Below, piece by piece: positions 28,121 through 42,130 of a stretch of 64,000 bases of DNA. Both the position numbers and the translations under genes were made by a program. Where the stretch lies: assembly GCA_951406725.2 (NCBI GenBank), contig OX597832.1, forward strand, positions 32,612,001 through 32,676,000. Reading direction: 5' to 3'. Source of the stretch: Octopus vulgaris (Eukaryota). Positions within the stretch are counted from its first letter, which is position 1. Each line of letters starts with the position of its first letter. The notes under the pieces were generated by a model. That model saw only the letters and a program-made list of their open reading frames with translations, did not search any database and was not told the origin of the DNA.

Positions 28121-29187
28121 CTAAGGTGTGTCTTGGAATCCGGTGTATTTATAATTCTTTCCGAGAGCGGATCTGATTTTTTGATTCATTAAAGTCCGAA
28201 TGACATCTGGTTTTTCCGGTGGTCAAGTTTGTCATTCTGCCTGGTTGGCTTCGATATGTGGAACGGTCAGTAGCCGTTCCGGTTGGTTAATTCTCTTAAA
28301 GGGTCATTTTGTTGTATTTGCTGAAGTTCTATTTTGATCGAAGGTAAAATTTCATTCGACTAGACTTAGGTAACTTCAGCAACGGGTGTTTGTAAAATTT
28401 CATTGGTCTATAGATCGGTAATGTTGGTGTTCGTATGGTGCTATTGTATGGTGATTTGGAATTGCGGTTTCGGAAACCGGGTGGAAGACTCTTACTGAAG
28501 TCTTTGAAATTACCTGTTGTTACTTGACTTTTGTGCAGAAATTGAGTCTTTTTTTCCTTTTTTCTTTATTGTTTTTTGATCTTTCTAAACGATATTCAAC
28601 TGCGGTTTATATATTTTAATGAGTATGCTTCACTTATTGACGTGGAATTCGGTTGAAGTGTTTCCGGTGAATTGACAGAGAGGGAAGATTTGGTATTTCG
28701 GGTTTATGTTACGGGGCATTAGTTTAGGTGATTGCTCACGGGAATTTTCCTAGCCGTGGGGTCTCGGATTTGTTGCCTGTGCACCGTTAGTCTGTCCCGC
28801 AAGGTTAACCTAGTTTGACCTGAGTAATCTCCACTACTTCCTCCACATTTGAGAACATAGATAAAGTTTTTCGAAGCACAAGTGGAGTGATTTTTTATGG
28901 TAAAACATTGACCCGCCTTAAATTTTTACGCTGAGCCCTCTAATAGGAAGATTCAAGTTCTGTAGATAGGGCGGTTGCACTTTTTGACTAGTGGGGTTGT
29001 AATTTTGGTGGGTAATTTGGCGCTGGTGAGTAACTGTTTTAGCGATTACGATTGTGTTTTGCATTTGATAATTCTGTGTTTCCACTGCCCTTTCCTTTCG
29101 CAGATCTTTCATAAGCAGGGGTATGTTTTGGAGGATGAGGTATATATGGTGTGGTGGAGACTACATAGGTCAGATTTAGATAATTTG

Positions 29188-29460
<273 letters not shown>

Positions 29461-29856
29461 ATACATATGGGAAGCAACAGAAATTGAGAGAGAAGTAACA
29501 ACGGTAAACCAATAAGTATTGTTTCCATTATAATTATGTTTAATTTATAATCAGTTTTTGAATTGTTTTTTTAAAGGTTGTATGACTTCGTCTCATATAA
29601 TTATTGGTTATCATGAGTACTTATACAACAACATCAACAATATTACAGAACATAAATGTAGTTTCTCATGAAATACAGTGGGGCCCTACGGTAAAATGCC
29701 AATTTAAACAAACACGCTTATGTGTGTGTACGCGTCTATATATATATATATATATATATATACATACATACATACATATATATAATGTGTTTGTGTGTGT
29801 GTAAAGAGAGAGCGTGAGAGGAGAGATGGAGGCGAGAGAGAAAGAAAGAGATACGC

Positions 29857-29904
<48 letters not shown>

Positions 29905-30218
29905 AAGAAATGTCTAAACGAAATATGTAAATATTCATTATGCATAAATAAGTTTTTGTTATCATAATAGGTTTCCAACTTGAAGATATCTCTATATACA
30001 TTGAGGAATCTAGCAGCCTCCCGGCAATAAGATGTTTCAGTCTTTGATGAGAATTATTAACAACATCATTTCTTGGAAACACTATTAATTATTGATACTA
30101 ATGGGAATAGCTGCACAACAAGTCCCCACCACACTCATAGAAATGCAGTTACATACATGCATACACTTATGCATACACATAAACATACATACACACATAT
30201 ATACATACACACACACAC

Positions 30219-30253
<35 letters not shown>

Positions 30254-30257
30254 CATG

Positions 30258-30547
30258 TGGAGGCGCAATGGCCCAGTGGTTAGGGCAGCGGACTCGCGAT
30301 CGTAGGATCGCGGTTTCGATTCCCAGACCGGGCGTTGTGAGTGTTTATTGAGCGAAAACACCTAAAAGTTTCACGACGTTCCGGCAGGGGGTGGCGAAAC
30401 CTGCCGTACTCTTTCGCCACAACTTTCTCTCACTCTTTCTTCTGTTGGCCTGCTCGCTTGGCCAGCGTGGTGGCGTCATTCAAACGCATTGTGACCAGCG
30501 ATGTGTAACTGCATCTGATGGACTGGTCGGTCACGTGATCACGTGAT
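30258..30547 (+). mobile_element. Near full-length tRNA-derived SINE inserted in (TA)n
   Basis: Head GGAGGCGCAATGGCCCAGTGGTTAGGGCAGCGG (A box) and GGTTTCGATTCCC (B box). Ends in TCACGTGATCACGTGAT. (TA)n on both sides. Confidence 0.85.
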
Positions 30548-30633
30548 ATACATACATATATATATATATACATATATATATAAATATATATGTATATATA
30601 TATACGTACATATAAATATATATATAAATATAT

Positions 30634-30714
30634 ATATTTTTAGTGAATTGAAGAAATAAAACGATTTCTGTTCAATCTTCGTTCAACTCCATTTCTTCAA
30701 TTCACTAAAAATAT
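30634..30714. repeat. Perfect 24-bp inverted repeat abutting (TA)n
   Basis: atatttttagtgaattgaagaaat (30634-30657) and its reverse complement (30691-30714). Confidence 0.85.
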
Positions 30715-30861
30715 TAAAATTCAATTATTCGCACCAACGCACGGTTGCAACACCATATGGTTGTACCTCCAACCGTGCTGTCTTCTGCTGTGATTTTTGC
30801 TACCAAGGTATCGGTTAAACTTTTGATTAATCTGCAACAAGATTATTCATCTTTCTATTTC

Positions 30862-30906
<45 letters not shown>

Positions 30907-30936
30907 CACAGATACATATCTAACTATTTATCTATG

Positions 30937-30976
<40 letters not shown>

Positions 30977-31604
30977 GATATATTTATATAGGTAGATACA
31001 TAGATATATTCTACTGATTTTTCGCCTAAATTTTTGCTTATGACTTTGTTGTAGAAAGAAGTAGAACAGATGTTTAACAGAAATAATGAGTCTTTAAATA
31101 TTTGTTAATTATTTTCAAAGCAATGTATAGATATGAATATAGTTGAAAATATAATCGATGAAACCTTAGTTTACGAAAATAATTGTATAATTTAGGGAAT
31201 ATGTAAAAAAATGTACATATATTCGGAGCAATAATAACAGAAGCAGGTCATTAAATTTTCAAAATCATATAATAGCGATGACGTTATTAAATGACATTAA
31301 AACACTAATGATCCACTTCTAACTGTTATATTTGCTCCATTTCTTATCGTCTCTCTATGTATTCAACCACGGTTTTACCTTTTAAATCACCTACCACCGT
31401 ATACCTTATAACAAGGACCAAACATACTGAGATAATACACCAGGTGTGCCTAAGGATACATCTATCCCTTAGATAGTTGCATTACCTCTAATTTATGTCT
31501 TACAAAATATATATAAACATACACATTGGCACAAAAAACGCACATACGCACACATATGCGTATGCACCCCCATACCCCCATACACTCATATATATATATA
31601 CATA

Positions 31605-31670
<66 letters not shown>

Positions 31671-32679
31671 AGGCTGAATTTTGGGGTGAGTCATTTCAAA
31701 GTTCCCTTCGCAAACACGATGTCATGTGGCCGTAAGTTTTCGAAGCAAATCACTTAATCGCTCAGCTCTCTCACGCATATGGCTTAGCTTAACAAGGTCT
31801 TATATGTTTGAACTTCATCAAAAGGAAACTGTTTCGAAACCTGTCAAATTATCTGTACATTTAGTGTAAGGTTCCTGTGTTGTGACACTCACACGCTTAT
31901 TCGTCTTCAGAAATGCTTTAAAAATGCTCCAGTCTGATAATTCTTAGTTTATTTTAATGATATGATCGAACCTGTACGTGGTTGGTTCATTATGCAAACG
32001 ACTGTGCAACGTTGACCATACCAGAATTTGAACTCAGTATGTAGGGAACCAGAAAACACACTATTGTGTTTTCCCGAAGCTGTATCTGATCTGGAAACCC
32101 ACCACACGTCAGTAAATAGTATAATTATGTTTTCAATATAAGCCACAAGGCCAGCAGTGAGTGCATGGATTGGTCTACGATCCCAATCAGAAATTGATTG
32201 GTTCTTTATTTTTCGGATCGGAATGGGAGAAAAGCAATGTTAGTGCCTTTGGGATTTGATCCAAGAGCGTAAAATCTCGGGGAAATTATTTTTTGGTATT
32301 TTGTCCAAATATCTAAAGTTTTAAGTATTTATTAATAAGTGTGTTTATATAATTAGTTATTGATTTTTTTGTCACAAATTAAGATAAAGTTCAGTAATTT
32401 TGAGGGGGCGGGTGACAAATCAATTACATGTACACCTACATATGGTTTTAATGAAGGCGAAATTATAAAGCCGAAATTGATAATAGGTGGTTTTGAACCT
32501 TGAACATAAAAACAAGTACAAGGCATATTTTTGGATGACCTAACACTTTGAGTAATCAACGACACCAAAACGAATAGCTGTGATAATTTCTGATCTTGAC
32601 ACGAAGCCAAGAATATTAAAGGTTAGGCTATTAAATCGATACAAGTTTTTAAATGGTATTTTTATTGAACCTGAAGTCA

Positions 32680-33100
32680 TTCTTTCTACTATAGGAGCAA
32701 GGCCTGACATTTGAGAGAGGGAGAAGGTCGATTACATTGACCCCAGTACTCAACTGGTACTTATTTGATCGAACCCGAAAGAATGAAAGGCAAAGTCGAC
32801 CTCGGTGGAATTTGAACTCAGAACGTAGTTATGAAATAAATGCTGCTAGCCCGTTTACGTGTTAACGTTTTTGTCAGCTCTCCACCTTTCTACTATTGAC
32901 AACAAAGCGTGAAATTTCAGTGGGGCGTAGGGAGGGTACCAGTTGATCATATTGTCCTCAATGCGTAGCTCCTTCTTAACCTATCGAGTGAAAAGCAAAA
33001 TCGACCTCAGCCGATTTGGAGGCAGAACGTAATTTCGGACGAAATGCGTACCAGCATTTCGTCCGACAGGCTAAGGAGTCTGCATACTCACCGCCTTTCG
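32680..33100 (-). mobile_element. Two tandem remnants of a tRNA-derived SINE (same family as 48419-48542)
   Basis: gaaaggcaaagtcgacctcggtggaatttgaactcagaacgtag (about 32785-32830) and gcaaaatcgacctcagccgatttg (about 33000). Confidence 0.75.
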
Positions 33101-33449
33101 CCATACATATAACCATAAGCAGAAACTCTAATCGAATTCCCACAAACCATTTAGTGTAATAAATAAATAAAAAAACCTTTCTTCTTATAATTTGCTTCAA
33201 TATATGTTCTATATTCCTTACAGGTTCGATGGAACTAAATGTGTATTTTATTTAATAATGAACGTTTGAGGAGAGGCGATTCTACGCACATAAGAGACTA
33301 TTCTGTATTGGAAACAAATAAACGGGATGCAGTTTGTTGCTTATTGATAAACAGGATGATGGCGAATATCTTTTACTAAATACTAAAATCACAGCCAGAC
33401 TTCTCTGACAATCATTTGCTTCCTGATGTAAGATACGCACACACACCCG

Positions 33450-33492
<43 letters not shown>

Positions 33493-33574
33493 ATGTTGAT
33501 ACGGGAATATCTCTCTCACTCTTACTTTCTTTCTCTCTCTCTCTCTCTGTATATTATATATATATATACATATA

Positions 33575-33872
33575 GTCGAAGGCCTGATTCCCAACCACAT
33601 GATTCCGGGTTCAGTCCCACTGCGCAGCACTTTCCGCAAACGTCTTCTACTATAAACTCGGGCCGGCCAAAGCCACTTTGTGGATTTGGTAGGCGTTAAC
33701 TGGAATAAACCTATCATGCACATATGTGAATGTGTGTATACATTTCTATGTGTGTGTGTCTTTGTGTCTGCGCTTGTCCACCACAATCGCTTAACAACCG
33801 GTGTTAGTGCCTTTGTTTACCTGTAACTTGGCCGATCGGCAAAGAATATCGATGGAATAAGTACAAAGTATG
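33575..33872 (+). mobile_element. tRNA-derived SINE (family shared with 47257-47657 and 53815-53975)
   Basis: cccaaccacatg..ccgggttcagtcccactg, tcttctactata..cgggccg.ccaaagc..gtggatttggtag, with an internal (TG)n. Confidence 0.75.
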
Positions 33873-33903
33873 CCGTGCGCTTATAAACACACACACATAC
33901 ACG

Positions 33904-33965
<62 letters not shown>

Positions 33966-35593
33966 TACACGGACACAAGTACACAAACACACATATATAT
34001 GCGTTTATGTATGTTTCCCTGTGCGTGTACACATTGGTACAATAAGCCAAACAGGAAGAAAGAAAGAGAGATCGAGTCCATGAGATAGCTGGTAATCAGC
34101 TCAAATACAAATAACATGAGGCAAGCAAAAGGGTATATAGAGGTTTAACGAAACACGCAAGTTCTGTGAATTCTTGAACATTGTAGATTAGCAGAAGAGA
34201 GAGGGTGAGAGGAAACCTCGTCTGTTGGCCAAGGATTGCAGCGTATTCGTTGATGAATACATGGAAATTCATTGGATCAATTGTAAGCGTCTAAGAAACA
34301 TGAAGAGAATCAGGTTCTCATATGCAACTTGTGAAGGGTTATTAACAGCTGGATACTTACGTCAATTTTGGAAAATTCTTCTTCTGAAATTCTCGTTACT
34401 CAGAAGAAATAAGAACGAAAGAATATTCTCATTTATTGGCATTCATAGGGATGGTAAGAGTTTTAGTTGACTGTTTTTTAGGGATTTGATTGGAAAACTA
34501 AATAGAGCGTGTAGAATAGGAACACAGTATAGGTAAAAAATATACATATATATATAGGTAAAAAAAAAATACATTTATTTGTTTTGTCATGACTAAAATG
34601 AATTTTCGTGTCATACATCTCGTGCATGAGGAAAGACAGCGATCGCAAAGTCTAGGACAATCTTTGATACGTTTGTTCAGTTAGATATACACCATAGTGA
34701 CGTATATATTTAACCCCTTCTTCAGGGAAAACCATTAAGATGAACCCGGTTGCTTTTGTTGTTAAGTATCCCTTACAGAATGCACTTTGTTACGGTTTGA
34801 TATTATAAGGCAAGAGACCCAGTTATTGGTCTAAGTTCTTGAGATAAGGCCTACAGGACTCAGAAGACAGCTGGCATTCTATACACGTGTCACACAGGCG
34901 TAAGATATATTGATACACTCTAATGTAACTTGAATCATTCCTCCTGCATAACGGTTAAAATGATCCTGTGAAATAAGAGAAAACTCGAAACAGCAGCAGA
35001 GTAGCAGAAGGAAGAAAACAACTGTACGAAACAGAAGATAAGTGAAACAATTGTTGTGTATTTTCCACAGCAAACCAAAATCAATCTTCAGAATTTGACA
35101 TAGATTTCCATGACCATCGATAGTCTGAAGCATGGCGTATGGCGAGCTATAGCTACAATGCAGACAGTGTGCTGGACATTTAAGGAGGTTCCGATATTAG
35201 CCGGAAGTTAACGAAGTAGGATGTGTCCAAAGCCGCAATCCTGTATCAAATCGGGCGATGGATTGGTTTACCACTTATATATTTACTTCTCTGATATATC
35301 TACTTTACAACAGACGACATTTTGGTAATAGTTCGTATGAAGCCACTTGGTGGAGCAAAGCGCACAAACTGTGTTGTCTCACAGCCAGTATTGACAGACA
35401 CGTGAAAATGTTACATTCTCACTCTATTCTGTACCATAAAAGAATCTATAGAGAACTGAGTAATTAGGTACGCATCAAATGACTTCGGGTGCTTAGTTCA
35501 ACATAATTATGTATAGAGCAAGTTTGTCTAAGCTCTTCTCTGCTGATTCTATTACTATAATATCCCCAGCATATATACATACATTCATACATG

Positions 35594-35649
<56 letters not shown>

Positions 35650-35699
35650 TATATGAATGTCTGTGTGTGAGATTATAAACGCACGCACACATATATACT

Positions 35700-35768
<69 letters not shown>

Positions 35769-35783
35769 ATATATATATGTATG

Positions 35784-35834
<51 letters not shown>

Positions 35835-36217
35835 CTATGTATATATATATATGTATATATGTATATAAATACGTATATATATATATATGTGTGTGTATAT
35901 ATTTATATATATACATATACATTATTTTATTTACATACATTCGTACATATACATGTGTTACCTATATTTATGTGTATGTATATATGCAATCATGTAGATT
36001 GATGTATATGTGTACATGCAGAGATGGAAGCAGTTTATTGCAACATGGCCGCAAATGGTTGGGCGATGCCACTTACGACTGAAGTGAAACTCGATTAATA
36101 ATCGATTTCGCTGATGCTTTATTGACCACTCAAATATGAAATTGTAGCATTTGGAACCAAAATCCATTTCAGGTTATTTGTGTTACCATAAGTCTGAGAA
36201 AAAAAAAGGAGAAAAAG

Positions 36218-36287
36218 AACTCTGATGGAGAATAATTTAGTATAGGAATATGGCCATTATTCTCAGAAATACTTGTCACTAGAGAGC
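36218..36287 (+). ncRNA. Degenerate hammerhead-like motif
   Basis: CU CUGAUG GAGAAUAAU..AUUAUUCUC A GAAA UACUUG UC. A 9-bp stem II lies between the core-like motifs. Stems I and III are imperfect. Confidence 0.4.
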
Positions 36288-36396
36288 ATAAAATATTTTA
36301 TGAGTATTGCACTGTACGATATGGTGCTTACACGGACCACAGACACGCGTGCGAAGACGGATACACACGCATACATATATGTGTTTATGTATATAT

Positions 36397-36451
<55 letters not shown>

Positions 36452-37334
36452 TACATATACATATATATATATACACACACATATATATACATGTATATAT
36501 ATATACACACACATATATATACATCTATACATACATACATATATATAATTATTTATCTATATTTATATACAAGAACATACATACATTTACATACATAAAT
36601 ATCTGTTTGTGTGTGTGCGTGTGTGTGTGTGCGTGTGTGTGTGTACACACCCACACAGATAGATAGAGAGACAGACAGAAACAGAGACAAAAAGACAGAC
36701 AGACAGAAAGTGAGACAGAAAGGTAGACAATTAGATATATAGATAGATCAGTTTGGTAGCTAGATTGATAGATACAGGGTTTGACATAATAAAGGAAACA
36801 TCACTCATATCTGACTATCCTGACTATGTTTCTTCCTATTAATGGCAATATGACAAACTCAAAATCGTTCCACTCTGCATATAGTAAGTGCTCCGTTCAT
36901 AGCTTATGCATTCGTGGCATGGCACTCACGTATTTGATTTCGGTATTACGCATACTTGTATTTGAATAAGTTAAAATCCGTATCGTGTCTCTGATTTCCA
37001 AAGACGACACATTGCTGGAGTGCAGATGAATGGATGCCCAAAGCATTCCTCATTACAACTGATGAAATGTTTAATGCTTCCCGAGACATAGGATCTCGAA
37101 CAATATGCATATAAAACGGATGTAGAAGGCACTGGACTTCATTCCTAGATTCTCTATAACATATTATTCCTAGGCATGGCTATGCGGGGATAAGCTAGCT
37201 TACCAACTACATGGATGTGCGGTCGATCTCACAGATCCTTTCACAGGCCAAACCTTTGTGGTTGAATCCAGTAGACGGAAACTGAAAGGAGCCCGTCTTA
37301 TATATACATATATACATGTATATACGTCCAATTT

Positions 37335-37625
37335 CTCGAGCTCTTGACTTGTTGATTTTTCTGGGCTGCGAATAAACATTTCCCGCACTGTTACCACGTT
37401 CTCTGCTGATCGGGATGTGGCTGGATGGCCACTTCTTGCATCTGTCATAGAGCCCGTTGTCATCAGCTTTAAATGACAACTTTTTATTGTCTCCGGACGT
37501 AGTGTTGCAATGCTTACCTTTCAATGCACGCCACCATCCGTGAACCAAAACAATGGAATTCTGAACTTCCCATCGTGTTGCTATCTTAGCTCACTCCTGA
37601 ACAGTCAATTGACCGGCCATCTGGA
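37335..37625 (-). mobile_element. Tc1/IS630-like transposon 5' remnant (transposase HTH region)
   Basis: TTGSMTDARSGHPATSRSAENVVTVREMFIRSPEKSTSQ matches the TGSV.D..RSGRP.T.R..EN...VRE.F.RSP.KS pattern. Confidence 0.7.
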
Positions 37626-37962
37626 AAAAAAGAAATCAGATGGTGAAAAAATAAGACCTCTCCATTACTGTTGTCTGTTTAAACAGCCTTTTCTTCACTG
37701 ACTTCAGTGAAACTAAAAATTCTATAAGCAATTTCTAATGCCAAGTTAATTTCCATTGGCTGAAACCTATAAAAGAATATATATATGTATGTGTGTGTCT
37801 GAGAACCGGTGAGAGTGTGTTTACATCAACGTGACCTTAGCTGTTCGGCGAAAATGAACGATGGTATGACTACCATGGTTCTTCATTCGTCGCTTCATTC
37901 GTCTAAAAATTCAAGGCGAAGCCCCACTATAACTATAATCTAATGCCTGAAGCAGGTAAAAG

Positions 37963-38000
<38 letters not shown>

Positions 38001-38094
38001 CACACACGCATGTATGTATATTTATGTATTTATATATAAATGTATCTATCTACCTATGTAGGTACGTATGTATATATCTATCTCGCTCTCATGT

Positions 38095-38173
<79 letters not shown>

Positions 38174-38837
38174 TTTATTAATAAATATATAGACTTACAA
38201 ATTTATATTTCTCCTCTGATAAACTAGGTAATTAGGTATTTATTCTGGGAATAACGTTTATGTGAATATGAATAAGTAGATTATGAAAATTATTATATAT
38301 AATTATATATTTTTGAATAATCGTAAAGATATGTATCAAATGTGATACAAACCAAGTTGAAAATTTTAATATCGTGTACTTTAGGGATTCTATAAATATT
38401 GCAACACACTAATTCCGTTACTTCTAAAGGAATTCCTAAAATTTAGATATGTTTTTATTTGTAGTTTATGATCTAAGAAATATGTATCTAAGAAATAATA
38501 TCATCTAGATCCATCTTTTTTTTTTTAATTTTAATTTAAGAAATTCTCCCTTCAATAAACGAGATGAATAAGGACTATTATTTGTTGGTTACTTTGAATA
38601 ATCCATATGTCAATAACAATAAATAAAGGAGAGGAAATGTCATATATTATCATTACAGATAATTTAAATATATTTTCTTTGAGTCATCATAAATATATGA
38701 AAAGCAGCATAAATAAATAGTAAGTTGATATACTAGGAATACGTCCGTTCGAACATGTATAGGCATGGTTATAGAATAAATATTGATTTACACGATTTAT
38801 CCGTCACTAAACTGTGATGCTTTATGTATTTATATAT

Positions 38838-38838
<1 letters not shown>

Positions 38839-38916
<78 letters not shown>

Positions 38917-38929
38917 CAATGTTATTATT

Positions 38930-38961
<32 letters not shown>

Positions 38962-39002
38962 CATCATCATTATCATCATCATTATCATTATTATTATCAT
39001 CA

Positions 39003-39084
<82 letters not shown>

Positions 39085-39270
39085 ATAGTCTTATTTTTAC
39101 CACGTGCTCTCATTTCGCTACCAAGTGCAGCTCTGTGTGCCTTCGGCATGTGCTGTGGTCTTTTCTGGTGCTCTTATAGTTAGTGTATTGAAAGCGTTTT
39201 AAGTAGGATGTGTGCAGTGCCTAGTAGTGCAATTTTCTGTATGTTACACATATATTTGTCAGTCCTTTCT
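38839..39270 (-). mobile_element. 3' end of R4/Dong-like retrotransposon joined to a long (TAA)n tract
   Basis: Minus strand encodes NIQKIALLGTAHILLKTLS* (about 39245-39185), followed by a short 3' UTR and (TAA)n at 39082-38839. Confidence 0.8.
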
Positions 39271-39994
39271 TGGGTTGGCAACATAGAAAACGAACTTTTT
39301 ATGGAACAACAAATAAAACAAACAGATAACCGAGACATACAACATAAAGAACATTCCCTTCTTCAGTTGCCTCTGTTTCATCTACTCCGCGTTTGGAAGG
39401 TAAGGACAACACGCAACTTCGTTGAAACAGTCCTTCCCGCAGAAGGAGGGTGAAAGAGGTAACAAAAACCGGGCATTGAGAACAAGACAGTAAAAAACAA
39501 ACGGTGAGAGATCTTAAGCCAAAACGATGTGAAAAACTACGAACGCTAGAAAAACGAGCTTTGAGAAGAGACAGGTAAAAACTCGTCTTGTCTTTACGAA
39601 GGGAGTGGAAGAAAGAAATTAGATCGCCTTTTGTCACGTGTCAGCGACGAGTGAGACAAGGAGCAAGATTGAGAGAGTGAAAGAGAGGGATCGGTGAAGG
39701 GGAGCTGAGAAGAATACGGAAAGGGTGGGAGAGAGAAACAGAAAGGAAGAAGAACAAGGGAGGGAGATAGATAGACAGAGAAGAGATAGAAGTGCGCATC
39801 GTAATTATTAAGATAAAACTTACTTGAAAAAGAATGTGTATAAGTATAATATATAAATATGGCATATATACATACATATCTGTACATACCTACATATATA
39901 TGTATATGTAAATCCACATATGGGTACAGGACATCATAAAATGTGGACACAATGAGCAACGAAAACAAAAGCAAAATCATAGGAAACACCGCTT

Positions 39995-40270
39995 GGCTCA
40001 CGATCGTCAGGTGGTGAGTTCAGTTCCCGACGACGCGTTGTGTCATAGAATAGGGCACTTTTTTCACGTTGCTCCAGTCCACTCAGGTGGCAAAAATGTG
40101 TAGCACTTGTATTTCGAAGGACCAGCCTTGTCAGACTCTGTGTCACGCTAAATCTCCCTGATAACTACGGTGAGGGTACACGTGTCTGTTGAGTGCTCAG
40201 CCACTTGCACGTTAATTTCAAGAGCAAGCTGTTCCGCTGAAACACACATCGTCGTAACCGACGGAGTACC
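39995..40270 (+). mobile_element. CORE-type SINE (second copy inverted at 49858-50165)
   Basis: tRNA-like B box gagttcagttcc, a CORE-like segment and 3' end gtcgtaaccgacgg, which also appears reverse-complemented at about 49862. Confidence 0.75.
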
Positions 40271-40349
40271 ATATATATATAATCTATGAAGCGAAGGTGA
40301 ACTAGTTACTCGCCATTATTGCTATCGCTGCCAGCTCCGTCTATCCTTC

Positions 40350-40622
40350 ATTACCATTAATAGAGATGCGGTAAAGAGCTTAGAGATGGTATGTCCTTGC
40401 TTGACACCTTCTCACTCAGGAACTTTACCGTCGGTGATAGCAAATATATATCTATTTTGCATCCAGAGTTCGTATCTCTGAGCAGTTTGATGTATGGCGT
40501 TTTGACTCCTGGGATTTCCAGAAATTTAATCAATGCGTCCATCTCGACGCTATTGAAGGCCTATTCCTTCATCACCAAAAGTGATGTACATAGAAAGCAT
40601 ATGTTCGAGAATTACAGGCTGT
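40350..40622 (-). mobile_element. RTE-clade LINE RT fragment (domains 3-4)
   Basis: Across frames: AFNSVEMDALIKFLE..GV..PYIKLL, EKGVKQG and KLFTA. Confidence 0.75.
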
Positions 40623-40624
40623 AG

Positions 40625-41188
40625 AAGAAACGGATAGTTTAATAAGATGGATGGCTGGGCTGATACTCTATAAGTCAGAGGTACAGCCCTTAAGAACAAG
40701 TATGGTCTCATGTTGACAAAGGAGAGATGGGGAGTGTATGCAAGACCCACACCAACCTTTTTAAGCCATCAATGAAACTCGATTCCACGCCTCTGTACTG
40801 GAAGAAATGCCTCTAATTCTGATTAGTGAAACTGAAAATGCCCTCAAACTTAGAAAACAGAGAATCCCTGGGAAAGATGGCATCCCAATAGAGGTGTTAA
40901 GATTCGGAGGTGAAGGTCTGTGGAAAATACTCGTTCTGTTTTAATTGCTATCCGCAGGAGTGTAAAATACCTTCACTGGGGAAAAGAGTCAATTACGATC
41001 CTGCTTCATAAGAAGAGTGAAAAAGAAGATTAAAAAAAACTAACACACAGTATGTCTCTTGTCTTACCTCTACATACTGTTTACAAAGGTCAGAGACACT
41101 AGATTATCAAAACTCCTTCACGACCAACGACCGAGAGCGCAAGCAGGTTTCCGTAAGAAATACATAGTAAGATACATCACATTTTCGC
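40625..41188 (+). mobile_element. RTE-clade LINE RT N-terminal fragment (domains 0-2), inverted relative to 40350-40622
   Basis: Across frames: EEMPLILISE, PGKDGIPIEVLRFGG, LLHKK, CLLSYLYILFTKV and QAGFRK. Confidence 0.8.
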
Positions 41189-41223
41189 TCTAAAATGTAT
41201 GTATATGTGTGTGTGTGTGTGTG

Positions 41224-41291
<68 letters not shown>

Positions 41292-41315
41292 TCTGTGTAA
41301 AACGTGCATCATATT

Positions 41316-41351
<36 letters not shown>

Positions 41352-42083
41352 GTATAAGTACTGATATACACATACATACAAGAGGTATATCTATATATCA
41401 TCGATAGATTTTTACATCAGACACAAGCACTTATATAGAACGCACATATATGCACACATCCTTGTTTATATAATTATAGAACATTGAAGTTTAGAAGACA
41501 AATTAATACAATATACATTGTTTATTAAGGGTCTTTTTCACTTGCCAGCCGTGAATTTGATGGATCATTTACGCGCCTGCGGCTAATACGAGGCCGATAA
41601 AATTATATATTCTTCATAAATCATTGTTAATGTGAAGTGTAGGAAAATCAAAGTCGCATTGTTTCCATCCTTACTTATCTGGTTTAGCAGGCTATGTATA
41701 AAATTATATGAATTTCGCTCGCTTTTATTTCCTTTCTTGTTTGACAATACCTTCGCTGAAACTTTTATATTAATAAAGCTACAGGATCAGATATATTAAT
41801 AGCCTTCGGATAATAAATAAAATTTAAGCAGATTGCCTGAATGGATGCTAATCTATGATGTGAAATATACGTCTTCTCTATTTTCTTCTATAGTATTGTT
41901 ATATATAATTATTGTTATATCATCATCATCATCATCCATAACATCATCATCATCATCATCATCATCATCAGTCTTATTGTTATGATTATCACCATCATCA
42001 TTCATATGATTTTTATTTTGCTGTTGTTGTCTTTATTAGTATTGTTATTATCACCATCATTTGTGTTGTTGTTGTTGTTATCA

Positions 42084-42130
<47 letters not shown>

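Noticed and set aside
34225-34470. 81-aa ORF ending near a gtaaga donor
   Set aside because: No recognisable protein motif and only a weak acceptor.
37015-37135. cagatga/ctgatga ... aaaacggatgta resembling a decayed HHR
   Set aside because: It needs too many substitutions in the core and stem III to be supportable.
39355-39445. Possible minus-strand HHR (aaacgcgg and ctgaaga)
   Set aside because: GAAA reads CAAA, there is no UH site, and motif order and stems do not fit.
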